Below, piece by piece: positions 1-9,642 of a stretch of 42,811 nt of DNA. A program made the translations under genes and the position numbers. This stretch comes from a virus (lineage: Duplodnaviria > Caudoviricetes), in IMG/VR virus record IMGVR_UViG_3300005326_000026, positions 1 through 42,811 of that record. The stretch is one strand, 5' to 3'. The notes under the pieces are model-generated. The model was not told the DNA's origin. It did not search any database and saw nothing but the letters and a program-made list of their open reading frames with translations. How positions within the stretch are numbered: the first letter of the stretch is position 1; every line of letters starts with the position of its first letter.

Positions 1-123
1 GTCATCGTCAGCAATTCCGCAGATAGGCAACCAGCTCTATCTCGGTTTTATACCGTCGTCTATCACTTCTACGGCGCTCCCGTTTGCGGTGATGTTCTCG
101 ATTTCGCGCGACGAAATGGACGA
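1..123. repeat. Exact terminal direct repeat (copy 1), circular-assembly overlap
   Basis: Bases 1-123 are identical to 42689-42811 and fall inside a continuous ORF. Confidence 0.97.
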
Positions 124-358
124 GGCTGAAGTGGCTCTCGAAAGGATTCAGTGGTCCTGCTATGCCGATACTATGTCTTCCGCGACTGAAATAGCAGACG
201 CGATTAAGGACAAGGTAAAGCGCTTTTATGGTCCGCCGGTAACGGGAAGCACTTATACAATCGTTAATACGTACTACGACAATATGGTCTATTTATATGA
301 CGATGTAATTCACAAGCATGTCAAGATTCTTGATATGCTGATTCGATACAGGAGATAA
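1..358 (+). CDS. Tail completion/terminator protein, 3' part (gene starts at 42654 and wraps the contig end)
   Basis: ATG 42654 reads MIETELRKMLVPSSSAIPQIGNQLYLG... in frame across the overlap into the 89..358 ORF; lies between the HK97-gp10-like gene and the major tail gene. Confidence 0.7.
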   Translation, partial: SSSAIPQIGNQLYLGFIPSSITSTALPFAVMFSISRDEMDEAEVALERIQWSCYADTMSSATEIADAIKDKVKRFYGPPVTGSTYTIVNTYYDNMVYLYDDVIHKHVKILDMLIRYRR

Positions 359-362
359 CAAA

Positions 363-941
363 ATGGCATACCAGACAAGGGCGCATTCAGACGCCTTCCT
401 CATGGGTTCGGCCCGGATGCTCATACCCTCGTCTTCGGGCGGGTATGTGGACCTCGGCGCGGCTCGCGGGATTAAACTTACCGAGGCGTGGGACTCGTAC
501 GAGATCGAAGTTGACAACACTCCGACGGTTGTCAAGGGCATCAAGAACCAGACCATCACTGTCGAGGGCAATCTGCTTGAACTCAACCTTCAGAAGATAG
601 CAAAGATGCGCGGCGGGATTGACACTTTCTCAACTACCACGTTCGTTTTCGACTCCGGCGGGAACATGACCGTTACTCCGCAGCAGGTGACGCTCGTACA
701 CACCGCCGCGACTTCTTCGCAGACCGTAACGGCGATTATCTACTACGCTTCGGTGACCGATCCGATGACCATACCGTATGTATCGGACAGCGGAACCGAC
801 GTTGCCGAGATTCCATTCAAGATGAAGGGCGTTGCTCAGTCTTCGCGCACCGTTGGTTCGCAGCTTTACACGATCATTGACACGCGGTCGAGCATGTACA
901 CCACTACGGATTATCCGTATCTGGCGACGTATTCTTCGTAA
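363..941 (+). CDS. Major tail (tube) protein
   Basis: 192 aa, beta-rich, DLGAARGIKL motif; canonical position before chaperone and tape measure; SD AGGAG. Confidence 0.75.
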   Translation: MAYQTRAHSDAFLMGSARMLIPSSSGGYVDLGAARGIKLTEAWDSYEIEVDNTPTVVKGIKNQTITVEGNLLELNLQKIAKMRGGIDTFSTTTFVFDSGGNMTVTPQQVTLVHTAATSSQTVTAIIYYASVTDPMTIPYVSDSGTDVAEIPFKMKGVAQSSRTVGSQLYTIIDTRSSMYTTTDYPYLATYSS

Positions 942-953
942 CAAGGGGTTTTT

Positions 954-1310
954 ATGTCTGAGTTGGTTTCCGAAGCAGGGGCGTTTATTCCAAAAGACAG
1001 GATTGTATCTGTCGGCGAGAAGTCGTTCGATCTTTCAGAAGTTCCGTTCGAGTACTCTCTCAGGTTCTACGAGATGATGCCCATATTCGAGAAGATGCAG
1101 GGCGGAACTTTCATTTCTTCGGATGACTATAATCAGATGTTCCCAGTGATCTACGATCTTTTCCATTTCATCGACGAAAGCGTTGAGGAGAAATGGCTGA
1201 GGAAGAAAATCACCATCAAGACATTCACGCCGATCATGATGTCAATCTTTTTTGCAGTTTTCGATGACGGAAAAAAAAACGGCGAGGCGGACGGGGCGGC
1301 GGTCCCGTAA
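954..1310 (+). CDS. Tail assembly chaperone (lambda gpG-like)
   Basis: Between major tail and tape measure genes; ends DDGKKN over an A9 slippery run. Confidence 0.8.
   Translation: MSELVSEAGAFIPKDRIVSVGEKSFDLSEVPFEYSLRFYEMMPIFEKMQGGTFISSDDYNQMFPVIYDLFHFIDESVEEKWLRKKITIKTFTPIMMSIFFAVFDDGKKNGEADGAAVP
1269..1280 (+). promoter_or_regulatory. Programmed -1 ribosomal frameshift site (GGA AAA AAA AAC)
   Basis: A-AAA-AAC heptamer at 1274-1280; the -1 frame is open from here to the stop at 1537. Confidence 0.8.
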
Positions 1311-1537
1311 CCATTCACCTAGGCCGGATCATGACTCGCCTAGGAAATCATTACGCTTGGGCGAGTCCTGATTACATCTTACGACGTATGACGTGGGCAC
1401 AGGTGTGGGTGTATTACGATGCCTGCATCGCGCATTTGAGCGATAAAGAGTACCAGACTGAAATTGAAGAGCCTGAACCGTTGAAGCGTCAAGGTGTGGT
1501 GACGACCGACGGGGGGGTGAGGACATATAACAGATAA
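1280..1537 (+). CDS. Frameshift extension of tail chaperone (gpGT-like)
   Basis: -1 frame reads RRGGRGGGPVTIHLGRIMTRLGNHY...SPDYILRRMTWAQV without a stop; abuts the tape measure start. Confidence 0.75.
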   Translation, partial: RRGGRGGGPVTIHLGRIMTRLGNHYAWASPDYILRRMTWAQVWVYYDACIAHLSDKEYQTEIEEPEPLKRQGVVTTDGGVRTYNR

Positions 1538-3516
1538 TGGCGACCACAATAGCTGAACTGAATGTCAAGGTCACGTCGCAGATGGCGCAAGTCAACCGTG
1601 ATCTTGCCGAACTCAAGGCAAAAGTCCAGGGTGCCGACAAGCCGATACAGGACATGAGCGCGGGCTTTTCTAAGCTCGGTGTGGCCGCCGGTATCGGTAT
1701 AGGTGCTGTGATAGCTGGATTTGCGAAGCTGACAACTTCAGGTATTAAGGCCGCGGCAGCTTATGAGAAACAGTCCGTCGCCTTCGGGGTTATGCTCGGT
1801 AGCGCAAGCAAGGCAACGGCGATGCTGAAAGAGATTCAGGAATTCGCCGCCGCTACTCCGCTACAAGGTGCCGCGCTTCAGCAGAACGCGCTCTTGCTCT
1901 TGAACTTCGGCGCCGCTGCCGATGAGATCATGCCAACGCTTCGTATGCTCGGTGATGTCTCCGGTGGCGACCAGCAAAAGCTCGACTCGTTGACGCTCGC
2001 GTTCGCGCAGATGTCCAGCGCCGGCCGGCTCATGGGTCAAGACCTCTTGCAGATGATTAACGCCGGGTTTAACCCGCTGCAGATCATCAGCGAAAAAACC
2101 GGGAAATCGATGGCGCAGCTCAAAAAGGAAATGGAGCAGGGCGCCATATCGAGCGAGATGGTCAAGCAGGCTTTCCGAGATGCAACAAGCGAGGGTGGTC
2201 GGTTTTATCAAATGCTTGAAAATCAATCACAGACGCTTTCGGGGATGTGGTCCACGTTTCAGGATATCGGCGACATCGCGGTTCGTACCTTCGGCCAACA
2301 GCTCGCGCCCGTGATGAAGTTGTTTCTTCAGGACATGATCGACGCCGGAGACGAGACGATCGGTATGGGCGAGGCGATGGGGCAATTTGCCGCTAAGGCG
2401 GTGCTTGCATTCAGGCTCGCCTATCAACAGCTTGCGCTTTGGGGCGCACAAATACAGGTTGCGAAGTTTGAAATTCTTTCGAGCGTTTCAGAAATGTCGA
2501 GCAAGATTTATTCCATTTTCGGTAATAAGCAGCTCGCGGCCGGGGCGATGCAGGGCGCCGTGGATGCAAAGCGCGCAGCTCTGACATATCAGTTCGCCGT
2601 TGGAAAGATACAGGCCGACCTTGACAAGACAAAACAGGTCTATGACGAGATAGGGAAAAAGCGAGAAGAGACAAGCGCGAATGATCGCGTCAATATCCAG
2701 AAAAAAGCCACCGAAGAAATCGTCAAGGCACAGAAAGCGGCAGCCGCAGAAGCACAGGTGACCGCTGTTTTCGTGACACAAACTATGTCTCAAACCATAG
2801 GATCGCTGTCGTCACTCTGGCAGACATACAACAGTAATAGACTCGCGGCACTGGATTATGAGCAACAGCGAGAACAGGAAAAGATCACTGCTGCTTACGA
2901 TGCTGAGAAGGCCAACATTGAGGCTACCATAACCGACAAGAAAGAGCGTGACGCCGCGCTAAAGGCCCTCGACGAGAAGCGCGCCCGCGACGAAAAGAAG
3001 CTCACTGAAAAGATCGAGAAAGAGAAGCGCAAGGTAAACTATGAGGCCGCGAAGATTCAGAAGGGAATGGACATTGCGCAAGCCACGTCAAACGCTGCTC
3101 TCGGTATAGCTAACGTGTGGTCGCACTGGTCGCACAACCCGCTTGTCGCTGGTATTCTCACGGCGTTGACGGCTTCTATCACTGCGGCACAGATAGCACT
3201 CATCGCCGCGCGTCCCCTTCCGCCTCTCGCAGAAGGCGGTTACTTTCAGGGTCCGGCTATTATCGGTGAGGCTGGCCGCGAGTTCGCGCTCCCTCTCGAC
3301 GGGGACCAGGGCCGGACCGCGATGCGCGAGATGGCCGACGCTATCCTTGACCAGATAGCCTCCCGCGCGGACAGGGGTCCGACTATCGACCGTGCTAATA
3401 CTTCCGGCGCCGGCGGTGGTAACGTATACCTTGACGGCGCGCTTGTCGGCAAGTGGATTTCTGATCAGTCGGCAAACGGGGGCTTCCAGGTTCACCAGCG
3501 GGTGATTATATCATGA
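1537..3516 (+). CDS. Tape measure protein
   Basis: 659 aa, Ala-rich helical; tape-measure domain motifs (FAAATP, LGDVSGGD, GRLMGQDLLQMINAGFNPL); C-terminal LAEGG...IGEAGRE. Confidence 0.93.
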   Translation: MATTIAELNVKVTSQMAQVNRDLAELKAKVQGADKPIQDMSAGFSKLGVAAGIGIGAVIAGFAKLTTSGIKAAAAYEKQSVAFGVMLGSASKATAMLKEIQEFAAATPLQGAALQQNALLLLNFGAAADEIMPTLRMLGDVSGGDQQKLDSLTLAFAQMSSAGRLMGQDLLQMINAGFNPLQIISEKTGKSMAQLKKEMEQGAISSEMVKQAFRDATSEGGRFYQMLENQSQTLSGMWSTFQDIGDIAVRTFGQQLAPVMKLFLQDMIDAGDETIGMGEAMGQFAAKAVLAFRLAYQQLALWGAQIQVAKFEILSSVSEMSSKIYSIFGNKQLAAGAMQGAVDAKRAALTYQFAVGKIQADLDKTKQVYDEIGKKREETSANDRVNIQKKATEEIVKAQKAAAAEAQVTAVFVTQTMSQTIGSLSSLWQTYNSNRLAALDYEQQREQEKITAAYDAEKANIEATITDKKERDAALKALDEKRARDEKKLTEKIEKEKRKVNYEAAKIQKGMDIAQATSNAALGIANVWSHWSHNPLVAGILTALTASITAAQIALIAARPLPPLAEGGYFQGPAIIGEAGREFALPLDGDQGRTAMREMADAILDQIASRADRGPTIDRANTSGAGGGNVYLDGALVGKWISDQSANGGFQVHQRVIIS

Positions 3517-4259
3517 GGGCTTTATACAACAGCTTGATTTCATCGGCGTCGTCGTACACGGCGTATAGTGAGGACGTGCAGTATCCCGCGACGAACATAG
3601 CAGACACAAGGCTTTCGCGCGTCTATCACAGCGACGGCGTTGCTTCCACGGAATACATCATCGTCAACGCAGGGTCTACAATAGCCCCTACCTACGCCGC
3701 TTTGCTCAATCACAACGTGTCATCGAGCGCGACCATATACGTTGAGGCTTCATCGTCTTCCGGGTTTATCGGGGCTTTCTCAACTACGCTGGCATGGAGT
3801 TCGCACTGCATGCTGGGTTATTTTGCGTCCACGGCGAAAGAATGGTGGAGGCTCCGCGTTGTCGGCACTTCCACCGACGATGGATATATGTCCATAGGCC
3901 GTTTCGACCTCGGAACTTACTTGCAGCTTCCGGGGATGAAACCAGATCAGGAATTCCTCTACGAAACTACCGCTAAGATTTCAATCTCCGACGGTGGGCA
4001 GGCTTACGGTGACGACGGGTACAACTTCCGTCAGTTCAAGATTAACTTCCCGTACATTACTTCGACGAACCGCAACGATATGCTCACCATGTGGGGCGTG
4101 GTGAAGAACTACCAGCCCTTCGTCCTGCACGTTTGGGAGAACTCAACCGAGGAGACACCGATTTACTGCATCCTCGACCAAAGCAATATGACGTTTAAAC
4201 GCACCGATGACGTAAACTATCGCTACGCTACCAACATACAAATCCGCGAGGTATTTTAA
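3513..4259 (+). CDS. Distal tail / tail tip protein
   Basis: Immediately after the tape measure gene with ATGA overlap; beta-rich. Confidence 0.6.
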   Translation: MRALYNSLISSASSYTAYSEDVQYPATNIADTRLSRVYHSDGVASTEYIIVNAGSTIAPTYAALLNHNVSSSATIYVEASSSSGFIGAFSTTLAWSSHCMLGYFASTAKEWWRLRVVGTSTDDGYMSIGRFDLGTYLQLPGMKPDQEFLYETTAKISISDGGQAYGDDGYNFRQFKINFPYITSTNRNDMLTMWGVVKNYQPFVLHVWENSTEETPIYCILDQSNMTFKRTDDVNYRYATNIQIREVF

Positions 4260-4942
4260 TGGCGGGCTACCGCGTCAACAACTACGACACTTCCACTGCG
4301 AACATAACCTCGCTGATGGAAACCATCGACGCGACGCGCACGGGGTACATCGCGCTTTCGCTCACGGAATACGACTCGACCGCGCGCCCTGAAATAGCCG
4401 GTGGTTCTCTCGTTGAGGTCGCAGGTGCACTGTTCCGCTTCTCAACGACCGAGGCAATCTCGACATCCGGAGTGACTTCCACCGCAGCACAAATGTACTA
4501 TATTCGGCTGGTGCCGACAAGCTCGCAATGTTCCGCGCAATTCTCGACCACCGCGAGCGCATGGCGCGAAGATTTTCAGGGCTACTATCACAGCACGACC
4601 AGCAACAATAGGGTCGTCGGCGCGACGTATTTCACGGGGGCTGATTATACAGGTAAGGTGATTTACGAGGATAACGGAATTAGGCGGCAAAATATAGTTT
4701 ACGGAACGGTGTCTGGTGCGATCATGAGTACCGTTGATGGCTCTGTTTCTACGGTGACAATACCGATGAGCGGTCCAATTAGTAATATTATCGGAATACA
4801 TGCGAGCGGAAAAATCGTTGAAAAATTCGCGCTGCAAAGTTATTCAATTATGAGCACTTCGGTGCTATTGTATTATACGGCTTATAGCACCAGTGGGTTA
4901 CCTGGGCTGACTCGGACTATTAATATTACTGGTGTTTCTTAA
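4259..4942 (+). CDS. Tail-associated structural protein, paralog A
   Basis: Ser/Thr-rich; N-terminal ~135 aa clearly similar to the next ORF. Confidence 0.6.
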   Translation: MAGYRVNNYDTSTANITSLMETIDATRTGYIALSLTEYDSTARPEIAGGSLVEVAGALFRFSTTEAISTSGVTSTAAQMYYIRLVPTSSQCSAQFSTTASAWREDFQGYYHSTTSNNRVVGATYFTGADYTGKVIYEDNGIRRQNIVYGTVSGAIMSTVDGSVSTVTIPMSGPISNIIGIHASGKIVEKFALQSYSIMSTSVLLYYTAYSTSGLPGLTRTINITGVS

Positions 4943-5619
4943 TGAGTGGCGCAAGAATAAATAACTATACTCCCTCGACCACGACGCTCGATAGTGTGAT
5001 TGGGGCGGTGGATTATGAATTCGCGGGGATACTCGCGATTTCGTTGACAAATTACACGTCAACAACACGCCCAGGAATCTGCGCTGGGTCCATCGCAGAA
5101 GTTGCGGGGAATATTTTTGAGTTTTCAACAGAAAATACAATCTCAACCACGGGCGTGACTTCTACGGTGGCGTGTGACTACTACGTCAAACTCGTCCCGT
5201 CAAGCTCTGAGTGCTCGGCGCAATTTTCCACAGTCGTGCCAACTTGGCGCACCGACTATCAGGGGTATTATGAAAATAGCACAAGCGTCAATCGCGTTGT
5301 CGGTGAGATGTATTTTACTGGCGCAGATTATACCGATAAGCAAATATATTTTGCGAGAGGGGTTATGAAGTTATCATATTGTAATGGTGTATATTATAGC
5401 TCCATATCGAGCATCATCCCATCGACTTTGGTTGTATCGATGAGTGGTTACGTTCGCGATATAGTCTCAATACAACTAGGGGGGTGGTATCAGGACCACT
5501 TTTATTTAAGCTCCTATACAATCCAGTCAACAACAGTCACGATTATTCTCGATTCTACTGGGCTCGCGAGCACGGGAGTGTTACCCGGTAGCGTATTTGT
5601 CGTTGGTGTAAATTATTGA
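4942..5619 (+). CDS. Tail-associated structural protein, paralog B
   Basis: Shares NNY, SLTxYxST.RP.I..GS..EVAG, WR.D.QGYY, YFTGADYT with paralog A. Confidence 0.6.
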   Translation: MSGARINNYTPSTTTLDSVIGAVDYEFAGILAISLTNYTSTTRPGICAGSIAEVAGNIFEFSTENTISTTGVTSTVACDYYVKLVPSSSECSAQFSTVVPTWRTDYQGYYENSTSVNRVVGEMYFTGADYTDKQIYFARGVMKLSYCNGVYYSSISSIIPSTLVVSMSGYVRDIVSIQLGGWYQDHFYLSSYTIQSTTVTIILDSTGLASTGVLPGSVFVVGVNY

Positions 5620-5648
5620 TTGACTTATTTTGTAATTATTGCTATCTT
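5620..5648 (+). promoter_or_regulatory. Sigma70-type promoter
   Basis: TTGACT-N17-TATCTT upstream of the lipoprotein gene. Confidence 0.7.
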
Positions 5649-5677
5649 GACTCCATTAAATCAAATGGAGGTCTTAG

Positions 5678-5956
5678 ATGAAAAAGATTGTGGTTGTTAT
5701 GGTTTTCGCGATGGTCGCGGGATGTGCGTCGCTTGACTCTGGCATGGTTACTTCTAAGCATCACGATATGTGGGATTATGTGGTTTATGCTCGATATAAC
5801 ACAAATACTGGAGAGATCGAGCGAGACCAGGCGAAAGTCAGGCGCACCGACTACGCAAATTATCACCTCGGCGATTGCGTCATCGTCACAAAGAACGGCG
5901 TAAAAAAGATCGACTCCGAAGCCGAACGAAAGCGGATTACTCACGGGATTGAATGA
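5678..5956 (+). CDS. Small lipoprotein (moron-like)
   Basis: MKK + hydrophobic stretch + lipobox VAGC; SD GGAGG; own promoter. Confidence 0.75.
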   Translation: MKKIVVVMVFAMVAGCASLDSGMVTSKHHDMWDYVVYARYNTNTGEIERDQAKVRRTDYANYHLGDCVIVTKNGVKKIDSEAERKRITHGIE

Positions 5957-7779
5957 AACCGGCAAGCATATCGCTATTAGAAATAGATGTACCAATCATC
6001 ACCGAAACCTTTATTAACTATTCGGCGGGGATATGGCACAACACTCTCTCTGATAATTTAGGGCCGTCGGGGATAACCATAACAGGTTCCGACGGCACTG
6101 TCGGCTTCTACGCTTCGCAACCTACCATCCTTTATTACCGCGTCGGCTCGTTGAAGATTGACAACGAGGACTACACGCAAGTCTATTCTCTCGGCGACCT
6201 GGAAACGCAGGACGCGTCATTCTATTATGAGTTTGCCACGCGGCGGTTATTCTACCACTTCGCCGGGTTCACCGTTCCGTGGGGGAAGCTCGTCCGCATA
6301 GGTATGATTGTTGGCTACTCGGACAAGGTGGGCGAGACTAACGGCGCGTACTATGACGACATTTATTACGAGCCGCGTATCGCTTCAATCCCCGCGCTCA
6401 AGAAGTCTAAGGACCCTATCTTCTACGGAATCCTACAATACACCGGTGGCTCGGTTAATCTCATCGACTCTGACGGCGCCGTCGCCGAACTTTTTGAATC
6501 CGAGGAACTCATAGGGCAGCCCGCGCGTGTTTACACAGGGTATGACGGTGACGCATTCGCCGATTTCCGCAAAGCCTTCAGCGGGAACGTCGAGGACTAC
6601 TCCTACAACCGCGATTCCTTCTCGTTGAACATCATGGACAACCGCAAGTTCCTTTCGCGCTCCATCCCCGTGCGGAAGTTTGAAGCCGCCGAGTTCCCGG
6701 ACATGGACGAGGACGACCTCGGCAACGTCAAGCCGTTAGCCTGGGGCTCCATCCGCAACGCCGAACTTGTCTGCGTTAATCCGAACGGCGCGACGCCGTG
6801 GCGCTTCTACGTTTGCGACGTTACCGACCACGCCATCACCGGCGTCACTACGGTCTACTTGAAAGGCATCGCGCTCGCGGGTGTTGACTGGTCCTACGCC
6901 GACGGGATTGTCTCCATCGCTTCCGGCGTGTATGTCTCCGACGACCATGACGACTATTACATTGAGGATAATCTCGGGGACGTGACCGCCGACTTTACGG
7001 GATTCGCCGGGATTACAGCGGGCCTTGATGTCATCACCGATATTTTAGATACCTACGCGCAAATAGGATACCTCTCTGCGAACTTTAACACGACAGAGTG
7101 GGCCGCTGCACTCGCGGACTCGCGCACCGTGGGGATATTACTCGACGAAGAAACCAAGATAAACGAGGTCATAGAAAAAATATGCGTCGCCGAGGACGGC
7201 ATATTTCTCGTCCAGGATGACGGCAAGTACACCTTCCGCAAGTACGACGAGACGCGCGCTATCAGTAAAACCATTTACACTGACGAGTGGATAGACGAGC
7301 CTGCCGTCAAAAAGGAGTCTAAAGAACTTCTCTCCTCGGTCAAGATAAACTACAACCGAAATCACGGCGACGACAAGTGGCATACCTACAACAACACGCT
7401 CTACGAGGACGAAGTACAAGCGCAGTACAAGACGTTAGCCGAGAAGAAGTTTGACACGGTGCTTGCAACAGAGGCCGGCGCGATAGAGAAGTCAGAGTCG
7501 ATCATGGCCCGCTCGAAAGAGATGACGCCGACGGTCACGCGCAAAACAAAGATGCAGAACATAGACCTTGAGGTCATGGACTTCATCGAAGCCGAGCACG
7601 ACCGGGAAAGCGCGACCACTAAGACGTGGAACATATACGAAGTCATCGGAATAAACAAGGACTTAAACAACCACGAGGTCGGGCTGACGATGAAGTACGT
7701 CGCTGAAAGCCTCTACCTCGCGCATGAGGACGGACTCGTCGTTGACGATGAAGGCGATTTGATACGCATAATAATGTGA
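5953..7779 (+). CDS. Tail tip / baseplate hub-like protein
   Basis: 608 aa acidic protein in the tail module; KPLAWG and IFLVQDDGKYTFR segments typical of tail-tip proteins. Confidence 0.65.
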   Translation: MKPASISLLEIDVPIITETFINYSAGIWHNTLSDNLGPSGITITGSDGTVGFYASQPTILYYRVGSLKIDNEDYTQVYSLGDLETQDASFYYEFATRRLFYHFAGFTVPWGKLVRIGMIVGYSDKVGETNGAYYDDIYYEPRIASIPALKKSKDPIFYGILQYTGGSVNLIDSDGAVAELFESEELIGQPARVYTGYDGDAFADFRKAFSGNVEDYSYNRDSFSLNIMDNRKFLSRSIPVRKFEAAEFPDMDEDDLGNVKPLAWGSIRNAELVCVNPNGATPWRFYVCDVTDHAITGVTTVYLKGIALAGVDWSYADGIVSIASGVYVSDDHDDYYIEDNLGDVTADFTGFAGITAGLDVITDILDTYAQIGYLSANFNTTEWAAALADSRTVGILLDEETKINEVIEKICVAEDGIFLVQDDGKYTFRKYDETRAISKTIYTDEWIDEPAVKKESKELLSSVKINYNRNHGDDKWHTYNNTLYEDEVQAQYKTLAEKKFDTVLATEAGAIEKSESIMARSKEMTPTVTRKTKMQNIDLEVMDFIEAEHDRESATTKTWNIYEVIGINKDLNNHEVGLTMKYVAESLYLAHEDGLVVDDEGDLIRIIM

Positions 7780-7786
7780 GGATATA

Positions 7787-8950
7787 ATGGGCTCAAAACA
7801 AATACAAGATTTTGACGCGACCACACTGGTCGATACTGACTATATCGTAGTGCAGACCAGCTCCGGGGTATATAAGAAAGTTGATGGTGCGCAGTTAAGG
7901 GGGTTGCGTTCCGTGAGCGTTGGCGATATAGAAGTTACGCTGCGGAATAGAACGCTTTCGTCTGATGAGCCATATCTTGATTTGGCTATACCATCGCGCA
8001 ATCTTGACATTGCCAACTTCCTTGATTATGTTCCATATTTACGAGCGATACAAGCTGGCTTAAAGTGGACATCTACTCGGGTCACGGGCACGATTACGCT
8101 TGCCGGCACCGCCATGACCGGTTCTGGGACAAATTTGAGCGCCGACCTTGCCGCCGGCAATCTTGTTTTTGTTGGCACGCTGAACCAATTTCGATACATG
8201 GCTACGATTACAAGCACTACTGCCGCAACAGTTGACGAACCCGGAACTGCAGCCGCCGGTGCGACTTTATTCAAAATCACAAAGTCAACCGCATACAACG
8301 ATGACTTTTCATTTACTGCGGCACAGGTGACAAACTCAACTTCGTTTTCTCTGTATATCAACTATGGCGATAACACCAAATATCCTGAGAACTATATCTT
8401 GCTCCGCGCGCTAGCCGAAGCCTACGCCTATGACCGCGAGTATTGTTCTATTACCCTTCCGTCATCTTTCGGGGGTATTCCGGCTGGTGATTACACCATT
8501 ACAAGCGTGACTCTTGCAAACGTCGGTTCTTCTTCTCCGGCTATCGTTTGCCAGTGCTCGGGGCTATCTACGGGAGCGCTGTCTACCGGAAGCGGAACGC
8601 TCAACACATACCCGTATCGCATTGCAGGTAGCACTACGACGGCGCGACACAAGGAATTGACAGACGCGGCGCTCACCAACGACGGCCTGTATAATGTGCT
8701 GGGGTTGGCACAGAGGGATCAGGTCGAGCCACATGAGCACAATCTCAATATCGGAACATCCGGCGGAATCTCGTACACTGACGGGGATACACAAGGTCTT
8801 GCTACGGTGGCGTCGACCCCGACACAGACTCAGCCCGCGTTCAGGACAAAAAATCTATGGACGGGTGATAGCATGAGGACCGGACCGTTTACCCGCCAGC
8901 GCTCGGGGGTATTCAACTTTTACGCCTACGTGGGCACATACACCGCTTAA
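7787..8950 (+). CDS. Tail fibre / receptor-binding protein
   Basis: Last large tail gene; Thr/Gly/Ser-rich; DQVEPHEH (HxH) motif typical of trimeric fibre tips. Confidence 0.7.
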   Translation: MGSKQIQDFDATTLVDTDYIVVQTSSGVYKKVDGAQLRGLRSVSVGDIEVTLRNRTLSSDEPYLDLAIPSRNLDIANFLDYVPYLRAIQAGLKWTSTRVTGTITLAGTAMTGSGTNLSADLAAGNLVFVGTLNQFRYMATITSTTAATVDEPGTAAAGATLFKITKSTAYNDDFSFTAAQVTNSTSFSLYINYGDNTKYPENYILLRALAEAYAYDREYCSITLPSSFGGIPAGDYTITSVTLANVGSSSPAIVCQCSGLSTGALSTGSGTLNTYPYRIAGSTTTARHKELTDAALTNDGLYNVLGLAQRDQVEPHEHNLNIGTSGGISYTDGDTQGLATVASTPTQTQPAFRTKNLWTGDSMRTGPFTRQRSGVFNFYAYVGTYTA

Positions 8951-8980
8951 AGTAACACAATATGAAGGTTAGGGAATGAA

Positions 8981-9205
8981 GTGTCGAAGCTTACATATTT
9001 TGAAAATGCGACTTGCCTGCTTTGCGATGAATACGTGGAATGCCCCGAGGCTGCGGCGGCGCTTGTCAGAGAAGGAGTTATCAAGGCGAGCAATTTCATA
9101 TTGCCGGACCGCGCCGGGTGGAATGGAACGATGGCTTCAATCCGTAGGGACTGGGTGTCTCGATTTGATGCGGAATATCGACGACTCGCTGACGGAGGGC
9201 AGTAG
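8981..9205 (+). CDS. Hypothetical protein, possible fibre chaperone
   Basis: Short ORF after the fibre gene; its stop abuts the next ATG. Confidence 0.4.
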   Translation: MSKLTYFENATCLLCDEYVECPEAAAALVREGVIKASNFILPDRAGWNGTMASIRRDWVSRFDAEYRRLADGGQ

Positions 9206-9472
9206 ATGGCAGACGGTGGCATCCAGGGTTTTGTCGGCGGCGCTGCTGGTTTCTGGTTCTCTATTGCTGGCGTTTTATTTGGCGCTATCGTTTATTATCT
9301 AAGCAGACGCATCGAACGTTTTGAAAAAGCCGTTGAGGAAGTCAAGGGTATTTCCGCGCGGATGGACGGGATTCAATCGTTTGCGGCAACTCTTGTAGAG
9401 ATGCAGGCCCGCTTGACCGTGTGCGAAAAAATGCTTGACAGACGGAAGACAGCGGATAAGGTGGAGCCATGA
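9206..9472 (+). CDS. Holin-like membrane protein
   Basis: One N-terminal TM segment then coiled coil ending DRRK; start of the lysis cassette. Confidence 0.5.
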   Translation: MADGGIQGFVGGAAGFWFSIAGVLFGAIVYYLSRRIERFEKAVEEVKGISARMDGIQSFAATLVEMQARLTVCEKMLDRRKTADKVEP

Positions 9473-9642
9473 ATGTCTCTCTGGAAACAGCCGAGTCTAT
9501 CGTCAAATGCATGGCCGACATGGAAGCTGTGCTATGCTCGTCGTGCCGCCATTGTAACGAATGCGCGGGGCGTGTCAACGAGTATTGCATGGCGCGTTTC
9601 GCAGATCAAGCGAAGGTGATGTGTGGTGGGAAAATTGAATGA
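9469..9642 (+). CDS. Small Cys-rich protein (57 aa, not in ORF track)
   Basis: MNVSLETAESIVKC...CSSCRHCNEC...; ATGA overlap with the upstream gene, GGAG SD. Confidence 0.5.
   Translation: MNVSLETAESIVKCMADMEAVLCSSCRHCNECAGRVNEYCMARFADQAKVMCGGKIE

Noticed and set aside
1-123. Biological terminal repeat
   Set aside because: It interrupts a coding sequence and is simply the overlap expected from circular assembly; it does not show the physical genome ends.
4259-5619. Diversity-generating retroelement template/variable pair
   Set aside because: No reverse transcriptase in the genome, and the differences are not adenine-specific.
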